A stretch of DNA of 64,000 nucleotides from Polaribacter sp. (GTDB lineage Bacteria; Bacteroidota; Bacteroidia; Flavobacteriales; Flavobacteriaceae): the NCBI GenBank assembly GCA_029238315.1, contig JAQWGI010000017.1, forward strand, positions 105,698 through 169,697, in the 5' to 3' direction. The first letter of the stretch is position 1; every line of letters starts with the position of its first letter. The translations under genes and the position numbers were made by a program. Shown here one piece after another: positions 28,228 through 37,960 of the stretch. The notes under the pieces were generated by a model, which made no database searches, was not told where the DNA came from, and was given only the letters and a program-made list of their open reading frames with translations.

Positions 28228-28321
28228 TGGTTAAAGATACAAAAGACACTTTAAAAACAAATAAATTATCTCTTTTTGTGTTTGATTTTTTTAAATTTTC
28301 ACCGCAATATTATTTAAAAAA

Positions 28322-29176
28322 TTAATACTTAGCAAAATGTCTATCAAAGCGGTAAGAAAAACCTAAGCCAGTGAACACTCCTGTAGAGTTTTTGTTAAAT
28401 TTTAAACGAGTAGAAACATCAATTTGTAAATTGTTGCTAAACAAATAGGCCAATCCAATACCAATATTATTATTTATTTCATAAGTGTCAAATTTTGCTT
28501 GATGCTCTAGAAAAGTGCTCCAATTATTGCTAAACGACATGGTTCCTGTAATAATATATGCGTATTCTTTGTAGCTATTACCAATTTGATCAATATAAAA
28601 GTTTGTAATGATATTTAACTCCCTTGATAAATTATTTTGGAATAGAATTCCAATTTTATAGGTAGCTCCATCTAATTTATAATTATCATTAACTAAGTTT
28701 GGATGTGCTCCTAAATATAAAGCAACAGAAGGAATTATACGTTTCCAGTCGAACGCATTTCTTCTTTTCCAGCTTCGAACTTCTTTAGATTTATCATCAT
28801 ATTCTTGATGATAAATTAAGTATTTAGCTCCAATTGAAAGCTCGCTAATTCCAGTTGATTCGTAGCTTGATGTAAATATATTTTTAAAAGCAACTTTGTC
28901 TTTTTGAATAGAAGTGTTTAAATTGAATTCTAGTTTATTACTTAAAATACTTGTTCTAAAGACGATATTGAACCCAGTAGTATTCGGAATACTAAAAGTT
29001 TTAACAGTATTAGAGTTGATGTAAAAAAAACCAGTTTCTAACTGATAAATCCCTTTACCAACAGCATATGGGCTCTCAGAAAAGCCTGGTCTGTTAGAGT
29101 TTATAACACTGGTGTATTGTGCATTTGCAATAGCGTTGATGCATATTAAAAAGAAAAGAATAATTTTTTTATTCAT
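28322..29176 (-). CDS. Outer-membrane beta-barrel, MetA-pathway/SphA-like 'transporter' family
   Basis: Signal peptide, NRPGFSES...KG..QLETG, amphipathic strands, C-terminal GFSYRF. Confidence 0.75.
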   Translation of the reverse strand: MNKKIILFFLICINAIANAQYTSVINSNRPGFSESPYAVGKGIYQLETGFFYINSNTVKTFSIPNTTGFNIVFRTSILSNKLEFNLNTSIQKDKVAFKNIFTSSYESTGISELSIGAKYLIYHQEYDDKSKEVRSWKRRNAFDWKRIIPSVALYLGAHPNLVNDNYKLDGATYKIGILFQNNLSRELNIITNFYIDQIGNSYKEYAYIITGTMSFSNNWSTFLEHQAKFDTYEINNNIGIGLAYLFSNNLQIDVSTRLKFNKNSTGVFTGLGFSYRFDRHFAKY

Positions 29177-29353
29177 AAAAAGGATTTCAGTATTTTTTTG
29201 TTCTTTTAAATAGGTACAAGCTTACAACAAAAAATATATTTGAAGTTGTTAAGAAAGTACTTATTTAAAATCATGTTGCTTTTTATAGAATCTTAACGTT
29301 ATAGTTGCTGTCAAATTGTTATTTTTGAACAATTAAAAGCAATTATATTACAA

Positions 29354-29617
29354 ATGGGTGTGTTAAGAACAATCGCTGTTATTTTATTGGTATATTATGT
29401 ATTCAAATTTTTGGCAAAATTATTTGCGCCATTTTTGATAAAAAAGATGGTAAATAAGATGCAAGAAAAGGCTCAAAATCATCAACAAAGTCATCAGCAA
29501 ACGAATGTGAAAGTTGGAGAGACTGTGATCGATAAAAAACCTCAAAATAAAAATCAAAGCAATAATTCTGTTGGAGAATATGTTGAGTACGAAGAAGTAG
29601 AAGATGAGAATAAATAA
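29354..29617 (+). CDS. Small single-TM protein (recalled as DUF4834)
   Basis: TM helix, Q/N-rich linker, acidic GEYVEYEEV tail. TATTTTTG -7 element at 29320-29327. Confidence 0.75.
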   Translation: MGVLRTIAVILLVYYVFKFLAKLFAPFLIKKMVNKMQEKAQNHQQSHQQTNVKVGETVIDKKPQNKNQSNNSVGEYVEYEEVEDENK

Positions 29618-32009
29618 AACCTTTCCTTATATAGCTGCAATTTTAGTTTTTATCATTGCCTCTATATTATATTTTAATCCTGTTTTAAAAGGAGAAAAAA
29701 TTAAGCAAACAGACATTACTCAATTTAAAGGAATGTCTAAAGAAATTGTAGATTATAGATTGGAAAATGAAGAAGAGCCTTATTGGACTGGCGCTGCTTT
29801 TAGCGGAATGCCTGCCTATCAATTAAGTGCTTATTATCCAAATGACTTTATAAGGTCTTTAGATGCCACAATACGTTTTTTACCCAGACCAGCAGATTAT
29901 CTTTTCTTATACTTCTTAGGATTCTTTTTGCTTTTAGCAGCTTTAAAAGTAGAATGGAAATTAGCTGTTTTAGGCGCTTTGTCTTTTGGTTTTTCTACTT
30001 ATTTGATAATTATTTTTGGAGCAGGTCATAATGCAAAAGCACACGCTATTGCATATATGCCAATGGTTATGGCTGGTGTTTTATGGGTTTTTCAAAAGAA
30101 ATATTTACTCGGGTTTATTGTAACGGCAATTGCGATGGCATTAGAGATCCATGCTAACCATCCACAGATGACTTATTATCTTGGATTTATTTTGTTGATT
30201 CTTGGTGTTGTAAAACTACTAGAGGCAATTCAACAAAAAAGTTATTTGCCAATAGTAAAACAAGCAGTAGTTATTGTTTTTGCAATGATTTTAGGATTGG
30301 GTGTAAACTCTACGCGTTTAATGGCAATGAAAGAATATGCAGATTTTAGTACACGAGGAAAAACTGAATTAACAATTGAACCAAATGGATCTCCAAAACA
30401 AGTTACAGAAGGTTTATCTAAAGAATATATTACAGAATATAGTTACGGCTTAACGGAAACTTTTAATTTATTTATTCCACGTTTTATGGGTGGTGGAACG
30501 TATGAAAGTTTAGGGAATAATTCTAATTTTTACGAAACCTTAAAGTCAATTCCTCAAGTTGGAGCAGTGCAAGCTTCTCAGGCATCTAAGCAGGTTTTAA
30601 CGTATTGGGGAACTCAAACTTATATTGAAGCACCCGCTTACATAGGCGTAATTTTGGTGTTTTTATTTTTCTTAGGCATATTTTTAGTTAAAGGAACTAT
30701 TAAGAAATGGTTGGTTGCTGCAACTATTTTTTCTATTCTTTTAAGTTGGGGTAAAAACTTTCAATTTCTTACCGATTTTTTTATTGATTACATTCCGTTA
30801 TACAATAAGTTTAGAGCTGTTTCTTCAATACAGGTAATTGCAGAAATTTGCATTCCGCTATTAGGAATTTTAGCATTAAAAGAGTTTTTCTCTAAAGAAG
30901 TTTCTTTGGATGAAAAGAAAAATGCATTAAAAAAAGCATTTTATATTTTGGGAGGAATCTTAGTTTTTTTCTTGTTTTTTGGATCTAGTTTGTTTGCATT
31001 TGAAGGAATAAGAGATGCTAATTATCAACAAATACCTGGATTGTTAGATGCGCTAGTTTCAGATAGAAAAGCAATGTTATTTCAAGATAGTTTACGTTCT
31101 TTAATATTGGTTTTTATTGCAGCATTAATTTTATGGTTTTTCCTTAAAAACAAAGTAAATACAACAAAAGCAATACTTGGTTTTACAATTATTGTTTTAT
31201 TTGATTTAGTTTCGGTTAATTTAAAATACGTTAACAATCAATCTTTTGAAAAAGCAAGAAATATTGAAAAACCTTTTCAGTTAAGTGCAGTTGATAAGCA
31301 AATATTAAAAGACAAAAGTTACTATCGAGTAGCAAACATTGCTGCAGGTATACTCCAAGACGGAAGAACATCTTACTTCCATAACTCAATAGGCGGTTAT
31401 CATGCTGCAAAAATGGGACGTTATCAAGAATTGTTTGATTATCAAATTGCAAAAAATAATATGGAGGTTTTAAACATGTTAAATACAAAGTATTTTATTG
31501 TTCAGTCTTCAGAAGGTACTAATAGTGTACAAATGAATGCTGAGGTTAATGGGAATGTTTGGTTTGTTCAAAATTTAAAATTAGTATCATCTGCAGATGA
31601 AGAAATAATGGCTTTAGATCGCTTAAAAACAAAAAAGGAGGCTGTTATTGATGTTCGTAAGTTTCAACTTCAAAATAATTTTGAGAAAGATTCTTTGGCA
31701 ACAATCAAATTAACAAAACATAACGTTACATCATTATCTTATGAATCTAATACAGTAAAAAAACAATTTGCAGTATTTTCTGAAATCTATTATAAAGATG
31801 GATGGAACGCTTACATTGATGGTCAATTAACTCCACATTACCGTGTAAATTACGTGCTACGAGGAATGGAAATTCCGAAAGGAAAACACACCATTGAGTT
31901 TAGGTTTGAACCTACTATAATTTCAAAAGGTAACACAATTACCTTAATTTCTTATTTTATGTTATTGGTTATTCCGGTTGGATGGTTTTTTTACAAAAAG
32001 AAAAAATAA
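29604..32009 (+). CDS. YfhO-family GT-C-fold membrane glycosyltransferase
   Basis: About 13 TMs, first external loop with Asp (QTDITQ), and a C-terminal soluble domain with SEIYYKDGWNAYIDG...VNYVLRGMEIPKGKHTIEFRF. Confidence 0.88.
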   Translation: MRINKTFPYIAAILVFIIASILYFNPVLKGEKIKQTDITQFKGMSKEIVDYRLENEEEPYWTGAAFSGMPAYQLSAYYPNDFIRSLDATIRFLPRPADYLFLYFLGFFLLLAALKVEWKLAVLGALSFGFSTYLIIIFGAGHNAKAHAIAYMPMVMAGVLWVFQKKYLLGFIVTAIAMALEIHANHPQMTYYLGFILLILGVVKLLEAIQQKSYLPIVKQAVVIVFAMILGLGVNSTRLMAMKEYADFSTRGKTELTIEPNGSPKQVTEGLSKEYITEYSYGLTETFNLFIPRFMGGGTYESLGNNSNFYETLKSIPQVGAVQASQASKQVLTYWGTQTYIEAPAYIGVILVFLFFLGIFLVKGTIKKWLVAATIFSILLSWGKNFQFLTDFFIDYIPLYNKFRAVSSIQVIAEICIPLLGILALKEFFSKEVSLDEKKNALKKAFYILGGILVFFLFFGSSLFAFEGIRDANYQQIPGLLDALVSDRKAMLFQDSLRSLILVFIAALILWFFLKNKVNTTKAILGFTIIVLFDLVSVNLKYVNNQSFEKARNIEKPFQLSAVDKQILKDKSYYRVANIAAGILQDGRTSYFHNSIGGYHAAKMGRYQELFDYQIAKNNMEVLNMLNTKYFIVQSSEGTNSVQMNAEVNGNVWFVQNLKLVSSADEEIMALDRLKTKKEAVIDVRKFQLQNNFEKDSLATIKLTKHNVTSLSYESNTVKKQFAVFSEIYYKDGWNAYIDGQLTPHYRVNYVLRGMEIPKGKHTIEFRFEPTIISKGNTITLISYFMLLVIPVGWFFYKKKK

Positions 32010-32018
32010 ATTTACTTT

Positions 32019-33242
32019 ATGAATATTGGAATGTTGTTAAACGGAAATTATCCGGCAGATATTAGAGTTCGTAAAGAAGCAGAATCTCTCGTAGAAAACA
32101 ATCATGCTGTTTTTGTATTGTGCAAAAGAAATCCAAATGAAAAAGTATATGAAGTTGTTAATGGTGTTCAAGTTATTCGTAAAATAGCATATAAAAATTT
32201 ATCACATGAAGGTATAGTAGATGTAATTGCTTCTGTGAGTTTTATGCATCCTTTTTTTAAAAAAGAATTACCTTATTTTATCAAGGAGAATAAAATTGAG
32301 GTATTGCATGTTCATGATTTACCATTGGCTAAAACGGCCTTCTTAGCAGCAAGAAAATATCATTTAAAAACAGTATTAGATTTGCACGAGAATTATCCGG
32401 CAGCATTAATGACATGGTTTGCTTGGCGAAAAAACCCTATAATTAGATTAAAGAACAAATTGTTCTTTAATTATAATCGTTGGAAAACATACGAAGCTAG
32501 AATTCTTCAAAAATTTGATGTTATTATTGCTGTTGTTGATGAAATGAAGCAGCGTTTAATTGAGCAGCATCAAGTTTCAGGACATAAAATTATCATTGTG
32601 CCTAACTCTGAAAAGAAAACATTTGTAAATAATTTTGACACCTCAGTTGCTAGTTATTTCTCAGGGTTAGAAAACAAATTTATCATTTCATATGTTGGTG
32701 GTTTTGGGCCTCACAGAGGTTTGCATACCGCAATTTTAGGGATGAAAAATATTGCTAGAAAAATCCCGAATGCATTACTTGTTTTGGTGGGTCCGGCAAA
32801 TAAAGATGTTAGAAATCATTTACAAAATTTAGTAAATCAAAATAACTTACAAGATTTTGTAACGATTAAAGGAAGTGAACCTTTTACAAGTGTGGTAAAT
32901 ATTATGAATAATTCTTCTATAAACATCATTCCGCACATTTCAAATGAACATACAGAGAGTGCCGTTCCACATAAGTTTTTTCAGATATTATTATCTGGAA
33001 AGCCATTGTTAGTGTCTGATTGCGCTCCAATGAAAAGGTTGGTCAATCAATTTAACATTGGTTCTTGTTTTGAGTCAGAAAACCCTGAAAGTTTTGCAAA
33101 TTCTGTTGCAGCCATTTATTCAGATTATGATAGTGCGCTTCAGAAGTCAAAAAAAGGGAATGATGTATCTTTAAATGGAGAGTTAAACTGGGAGTTTACT
33201 TCAAAAAATTTGATCAAATTATATGATAATTTAAAGAATTGA
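32019..33242 (+). CDS. GT4-family glycosyltransferase
   Basis: GT-B fold: D-x-R-V-x-K-E-A start, LHVHD, DLHE, YVGG, PHKFFQ. Confidence 0.85.
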   Translation: MNIGMLLNGNYPADIRVRKEAESLVENNHAVFVLCKRNPNEKVYEVVNGVQVIRKIAYKNLSHEGIVDVIASVSFMHPFFKKELPYFIKENKIEVLHVHDLPLAKTAFLAARKYHLKTVLDLHENYPAALMTWFAWRKNPIIRLKNKLFFNYNRWKTYEARILQKFDVIIAVVDEMKQRLIEQHQVSGHKIIIVPNSEKKTFVNNFDTSVASYFSGLENKFIISYVGGFGPHRGLHTAILGMKNIARKIPNALLVLVGPANKDVRNHLQNLVNQNNLQDFVTIKGSEPFTSVVNIMNNSSINIIPHISNEHTESAVPHKFFQILLSGKPLLVSDCAPMKRLVNQFNIGSCFESENPESFANSVAAIYSDYDSALQKSKKGNDVSLNGELNWEFTSKNLIKLYDNLKN

Positions 33243-34513
33243 AAGTATTAATTGTAACATATTATTGGCCGCCCTCTGGCGGATCTGGCGTACAGCGCTG
33301 GTTGAAATTTGTGAAATACTTGCAAGATTTTGGTATTGAGCCAATTGTTTATACAGTAGCTCAGCCAAAATACCCAATCTTAGATACCTCTTTAGAGAAA
33401 GAAATTCCAGGAAATATTACAATTTTGAAACAATCTATTTTGGAGCCATCAACTATTTTTTCTTTATTTACAAAAGGAAAAACGCAACAAGCGGCTGGTT
33501 TTTTAAATCCGAATCCAACATTTTTTGGAAGAGTAATTCAATACATAAGAGCAAATTACTTTATTCCGGACGCAAGAAAGTATTGGGTTCAGCCGTCTGT
33601 AAAGTATTTGAAAAAATATTTAAAAGCACATCCCGTAGATGCAGTTATTACTTCTGGTCCGCCACACAGTTTACATTTAATTGGTTTAGCGTTAAAGAAC
33701 GCTATTGATGTAAAATGGATTTCTGACTTTAGAGATCCTTGGACAGAAATAGACTATTTTGAACAATTGCCTTTAACAAAAAAATCAATTCAAATTCATC
33801 AAAAACTAGAGCAAGAAGTGCTTGAAAAATCAGATACTGTTTTGGTTGTTGGAAAAACCATGAAAGATGGTTTTAAGAACTTTATCAATAAAATCCAGAT
33901 AGTAACCAATGGTTTTGATACAGAAGTAGATTCTTTAGAGAATACGTTAGATACCAAGTTTACAATTACACATGTTGGATTAATGAATGCAGATAGAAAC
34001 CCAACTTTATTATGGAAAGTTATTTCAGAAATTGGTAAGGAAGACGCCGATTTTGCTGCAGATTGTCAGATTAACATTGTTGGTAAAATTGCTTTAGAGG
34101 TTCAAGGTGATTTAGAAAAATATAAAATCAGAAATATATTAGATATTGGGTATGTTTCGCATCAAGAAGTTAAAAAGCATCAACAGAAATCTCAGGTATT
34201 GCTATTGTCTGTTAATAAAGTAAAAAGTGCTAAAGGAATTATTACTGGCAAAATATTTGAGTATTTACAAGCAAAACGCCCTATCTTAGCTATTGGTCCA
34301 TCTGATGGAGATTTGGCAGAGATTATTTATGAAACAAATGCAGGAGTAATTGTAGATTTTGATGATGAAATAAATCTAAAAAAATCAATTTTAGAAATGT
34401 ATACTTCCTTTAAAAATGGAAGTTTACACTCAAATTCTAAAAATATAGAGCAGTATCATCGTAAGGCTTTAACTGAGCAACTTGCTAATATTATTAAAGA
34501 AACAGTTTTGTAA
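33239..34513 (+). CDS. GT4-like glycosyltransferase (TTG start, 4-nt overlap)
   Basis: YYWPPSGGSGVQRW, TSGPPHS, DFRDPW, TGKIFEY. Confidence 0.85.
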   Translation: MKVLIVTYYWPPSGGSGVQRWLKFVKYLQDFGIEPIVYTVAQPKYPILDTSLEKEIPGNITILKQSILEPSTIFSLFTKGKTQQAAGFLNPNPTFFGRVIQYIRANYFIPDARKYWVQPSVKYLKKYLKAHPVDAVITSGPPHSLHLIGLALKNAIDVKWISDFRDPWTEIDYFEQLPLTKKSIQIHQKLEQEVLEKSDTVLVVGKTMKDGFKNFINKIQIVTNGFDTEVDSLENTLDTKFTITHVGLMNADRNPTLLWKVISEIGKEDADFAADCQINIVGKIALEVQGDLEKYKIRNILDIGYVSHQEVKKHQQKSQVLLLSVNKVKSAKGIITGKIFEYLQAKRPILAIGPSDGDLAEIIYETNAGVIVDFDDEINLKKSILEMYTSFKNGSLHSNSKNIEQYHRKALTEQLANIIKETVL

Positions 34514-34517
34514 TTTC

Positions 34518-35603
34518 ATGAAAAAAATAGTCACTATTTTAGGAGCAAGACCACAATTTGTAAAAGCTGCTGTTTTAAGCAGGGTAATCAAAGAACACCA
34601 TCAAGTTGAAGAAGTAATCATTCATACTGGGCAACATTTTGATGCCAATATGAGTGCCGTTTTTTTTGAAGAAATGGAAATACCAAAGCCCACTTATAAT
34701 TTAGCGATCAATAGCCTGGGACATGGAGCAATGACTGGTCAAATGTTAGAAAAAATTGAAACTATTCTTATCAAAGAAAAACCTGAAGCTGTTGTGGTTT
34801 ATGGAGATACTAATTCTACAGTTGCAGGATCATTAGCAGCAAAAAAACTACATATAAAGGTTATTCATATAGAAGCTGGCTTACGTTCTTTTAACATGAA
34901 AATGCCAGAAGAGGTAAATAGGATTTTAACAGACAGAATTTCTGATTTATTATGTTGCCCAACAGAAACAGCTATCAAAAATTTAAGAAATGAAGGTTAT
35001 GAAAACTTGCCAATCAAGATGGAAAGAACTGGTGATATTATGAAAGATGCTGTTGCATTTTATAGTAAAACATCAGCTGATAAATCATCAATAATTTCTG
35101 ATTTAAATTTAAAAGAAAACAAATTTGTTTTGGCAACCATTCATCGACAAGAAAACACCGATGATGTACATAAATTAAAATCGATTTTTGCTGCTTTAGA
35201 AGAAATTAATTCAGCATGTAAAGTGGTTTTGCCATTGCATCCAAGAACAAAAAAAATCTTAGAGCAACAGAGTATTCAACCAAATATTACCTTGATTAAT
35301 CCTGTTGGATATTTTGCCATGTTAGAGTTGTTAAAAAACTGTAAAATGGTGATTTCTGATAGTGGCGGATTGCAAAAAGAAGCATTTTTTAATAAAAAAT
35401 ATTGCATTATTGCAAGAGAAGAAACAGAATGGATTGAATTGGTAGAAAACGGTTTTGCAGAAATTGTGGGTAGTAATCAATCTAAAATAGTAAATGCTTT
35501 TAATAAGTATAAAACAGCAACAATAGATTTCAATATTGAATTGTATGGAAATCAAGTTGGAGAAAGTATTCATCAATCAATTGTAGCATTATTAACTAAA
35601 TAA
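34518..35603 (+). CDS. wecB: Non-hydrolysing UDP-GlcNAc 2-epimerase
   Basis: GARPQFVK, HTGQH, GDTNST, HIEAGLRS, DSGGLQKEA. Start moved to ATG 34518. Confidence 0.93.
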   Translation: MKKIVTILGARPQFVKAAVLSRVIKEHHQVEEVIIHTGQHFDANMSAVFFEEMEIPKPTYNLAINSLGHGAMTGQMLEKIETILIKEKPEAVVVYGDTNSTVAGSLAAKKLHIKVIHIEAGLRSFNMKMPEEVNRILTDRISDLLCCPTETAIKNLRNEGYENLPIKMERTGDIMKDAVAFYSKTSADKSSIISDLNLKENKFVLATIHRQENTDDVHKLKSIFAALEEINSACKVVLPLHPRTKKILEQQSIQPNITLINPVGYFAMLELLKNCKMVISDSGGLQKEAFFNKKYCIIAREETEWIELVENGFAEIVGSNQSKIVNAFNKYKTATIDFNIELYGNQVGESIHQSIVALLTK

Positions 35604-35611
35604 TTTTTCTA

Positions 35612-37072
35612 TTGGGAGTTGTATTAAAACAATCATTTAAAAATACTATTGTTACTTTCGCGGCATTCGGAATTGGAGGTGTAAATGCGTTGTTTCTATA
35701 CACTAATTTTTTAACAGGAGAATATTATGGCTTAGTAACCTATTTACTGTCAACTGCAAATTTATTAATGCCTCTAACGGCTTTTGGTGTTCAGTATTCT
35801 ATTGTTAAATTCTTTTCGTCTTACACTTCAAAGATAGAAAGAGATAAGTTTTTAAGTGCTTCGTTATTATTTCCATTAATTATTGCCATACCTTTTGGTT
35901 TTATAGGAACTGTTTTTTATGAACAAATTAGTTCTTTTTTATCGATAAAAAATCCAATTATAAAAGATTTTACATGGGTTATTTATTTAGTAGCGATTGC
36001 AACTGCTTATTTTGAGATTTTTTACGCGTGGGCAAAAGTACAAATGCAATCTGTTTTTGGAAATATTTTAAAAGAAATGTTTTCTAGAATTGCTGTAACG
36101 ATTCTTTTGATGTTGGTTTTTTTAGAGGTAATTGATCAAGTTGAATTCATTTATTGCTTAACAGGAGCGTATTTTATTCGTGCTTTTGTAATGTTATTGT
36201 ATGCATTAAAATTATACACACCAAAGTTTACTTTTCAACTGCCAACTAATTATAAGGAAGTTTTTAAATACGCTTCCTATATTATTTTAGCAGGTTCTGC
36301 TGGGGCAATTTTGTTAGATATTGATAAGTTTATGATTCCGCAAAAAGAAGCAATTGCCTATACGGCTTATTATTCTGTTGGCGTTTATATTGCTTCTTTA
36401 TTAGAAGCTCCAGGAAGAGCAATGGCACAAATTATTCAGCCAATTACAGCAAAAGCATTGAATGAAGATAATGCAACAGAAATTTATAAATTATATAAAA
36501 GTACTTCTATAAATCTTTTATTAATCTGTGGGTTGTTTTTCTTGTTGATCAACCTAAATATAGATCAAGGATATTTATTGATTGATGAAAAATATTCGCA
36601 AGGAGTTTGGGTGGTGTTTATGATTTCTATTGCTAAATTATACACCATGGCTTTAGGTAACAACGGAGCAATTATATCTAATTCTAAGCACTATAAAATA
36701 CTGTTGCCCTATGCAATTGCAATGGCATTAGCTGTGATATTTTTAAATAATTGGTTGATTTCTTTATATCGAATGAATGGCGCAGCTTTATCTACTTTAA
36801 TTGTTTTATTGTTTTTTAATACTGTTAAGATTTGGTATGTAAAAAAGAGATTTAACATTTACCCTTTTACTAGAAAAACGGTTTATCTATTATTGATTTT
36901 AACTGCAGTTTACAGTATGTTTTTCTTTTGGAATTTTAATTTGCATCCAATTTTAAATATTGTTTTAAAAGGAGCTTTAATATCTGTTAGTTATTTGATT
37001 CTTGTTTATAAATTGAATATATCTTCAGATATAAATACTATTATCAATAAGTTTATAAAAAGCAATCAATAG
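35612..37072 (+). CDS. Wzx-like oligosaccharide flippase (MOP superfamily)
   Basis: About 14 TMs, L-x-x-x-x-YG early motif, DIDKFMI, and position in a glycan locus. TTG start. Confidence 0.85.
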   Translation: MGVVLKQSFKNTIVTFAAFGIGGVNALFLYTNFLTGEYYGLVTYLLSTANLLMPLTAFGVQYSIVKFFSSYTSKIERDKFLSASLLFPLIIAIPFGFIGTVFYEQISSFLSIKNPIIKDFTWVIYLVAIATAYFEIFYAWAKVQMQSVFGNILKEMFSRIAVTILLMLVFLEVIDQVEFIYCLTGAYFIRAFVMLLYALKLYTPKFTFQLPTNYKEVFKYASYIILAGSAGAILLDIDKFMIPQKEAIAYTAYYSVGVYIASLLEAPGRAMAQIIQPITAKALNEDNATEIYKLYKSTSINLLLICGLFFLLINLNIDQGYLLIDEKYSQGVWVVFMISIAKLYTMALGNNGAIISNSKHYKILLPYAIAMALAVIFLNNWLISLYRMNGAALSTLIVLLFFNTVKIWYVKKRFNIYPFTRKTVYLLLILTAVYSMFFFWNFNLHPILNIVLKGALISVSYLILVYKLNISSDINTIINKFIKSNQ

Positions 37073-37361
37073 TATCTGCGAGAATGTGTAGTAGCAATCC
37101 AATTCCTAATACTCTCGTTTTTTTCCAACTTAATAAAGAGAAATAAATAGCAATAGCATAATAACTGTGTAACGGATGAAAATTAACGCTACATCTATTT
37201 GGATCAAAAATTGGGGTTGCTAATAAATGATCTAAATCGATCAACATTGTTGCAATAAAAACAAGATATACTTTCTTCCAGTTTTTTTTAAAAAAAGTTA
37301 AAGCTACAAGTGCAGGAACAATAAAATGAAAGCCGTAATGTATTAAAAACTTTAAATCCAT
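37053..37361 (-). CDS. Small membrane protein with H/D metal-like motifs (recalled as DUF6122)
   Basis: HYGFH, DLDHL, FHPLH, LHILAD. YdjM-like metal-dependent hydrolase pattern. Confidence 0.75.
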   Translation of the reverse strand: MDLKFLIHYGFHFIVPALVALTFFKKNWKKVYLVFIATMLIDLDHLLATPIFDPNRCSVNFHPLHSYYAIAIYFSLLSWKKTRVLGIGLLLHILADTIDCFL

Positions 37362-37362
37362 T

Positions 37363-37959
37363 TTATTCTAAAAAGCTAATTGCATTTGGACCCTCCATAA
37401 AAAGTAAATCCAATATTGATAAATTTTTTAAATAACCATATTTATCATCAAACATTTGAATATAGCTGTCAAATTTATAGTTGTGTTTTCGTTTAGCATT
37501 TGCTAAAGAACGATAATCGTTTTCTGTAGAAACATCGTATTCTGTTGTTTTACTAAATTGTTGATTGATTTGTATTGCGTCGGTAATGAACAAGTACGTA
37601 TCTATATTTACATCTAATAAATAGGTGTATTCTTTTTTGAAAATCGATAATATATCATCTTGGTAAAACTCAAAAAAAGGCGAGTTTCGATACGCAATTT
37701 GTATCGATTTTAAATGTTGTTTCTGCCAAGAGTTAGTATTGTCTACCAAAGTGTCTTTAGTTTTTCTTTTAGAAGATTTAGAAGTATGTTTTACGGGAAT
37801 ATTTAATAATTGTTTTCCGTTTGGCCCATAAATATAGCAACGATTTCTATAGGTTTGTTTTTGATAGTTGTCTTCTGTCTCAAAAAGTATTACTTCTGAA
37901 TTTACAATAGCTTTATATTGTGAAATAGGAGAGAAGTAAGTTGGTAAAAACAAAGCCAT
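37363..37959 (-). CDS. WbqC-like protein
   Basis: PTYFSP, YQKQTYRNR, L-x-I-P-V, WQKQHLKSIQIAYRNSPFF, LSILDLLFMEGP. Start moved to ATG 37959. Confidence 0.88.
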   Translation of the reverse strand: MALFLPTYFSPISQYKAIVNSEVILFETEDNYQKQTYRNRCYIYGPNGKQLLNIPVKHTSKSSKRKTKDTLVDNTNSWQKQHLKSIQIAYRNSPFFEFYQDDILSIFKKEYTYLLDVNIDTYLFITDAIQINQQFSKTTEYDVSTENDYRSLANAKRKHNYKFDSYIQMFDDKYGYLKNLSILDLLFMEGPNAISFLE

Positions 37960-37960
37960 T

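Noticed and set aside
28228-28321. Possible lost C-terminal extension of the outer-membrane barrel gene
   Set aside because: The downstream frames contain stops and nothing clearly protein-like, and this cannot be assessed without orthologue alignment.
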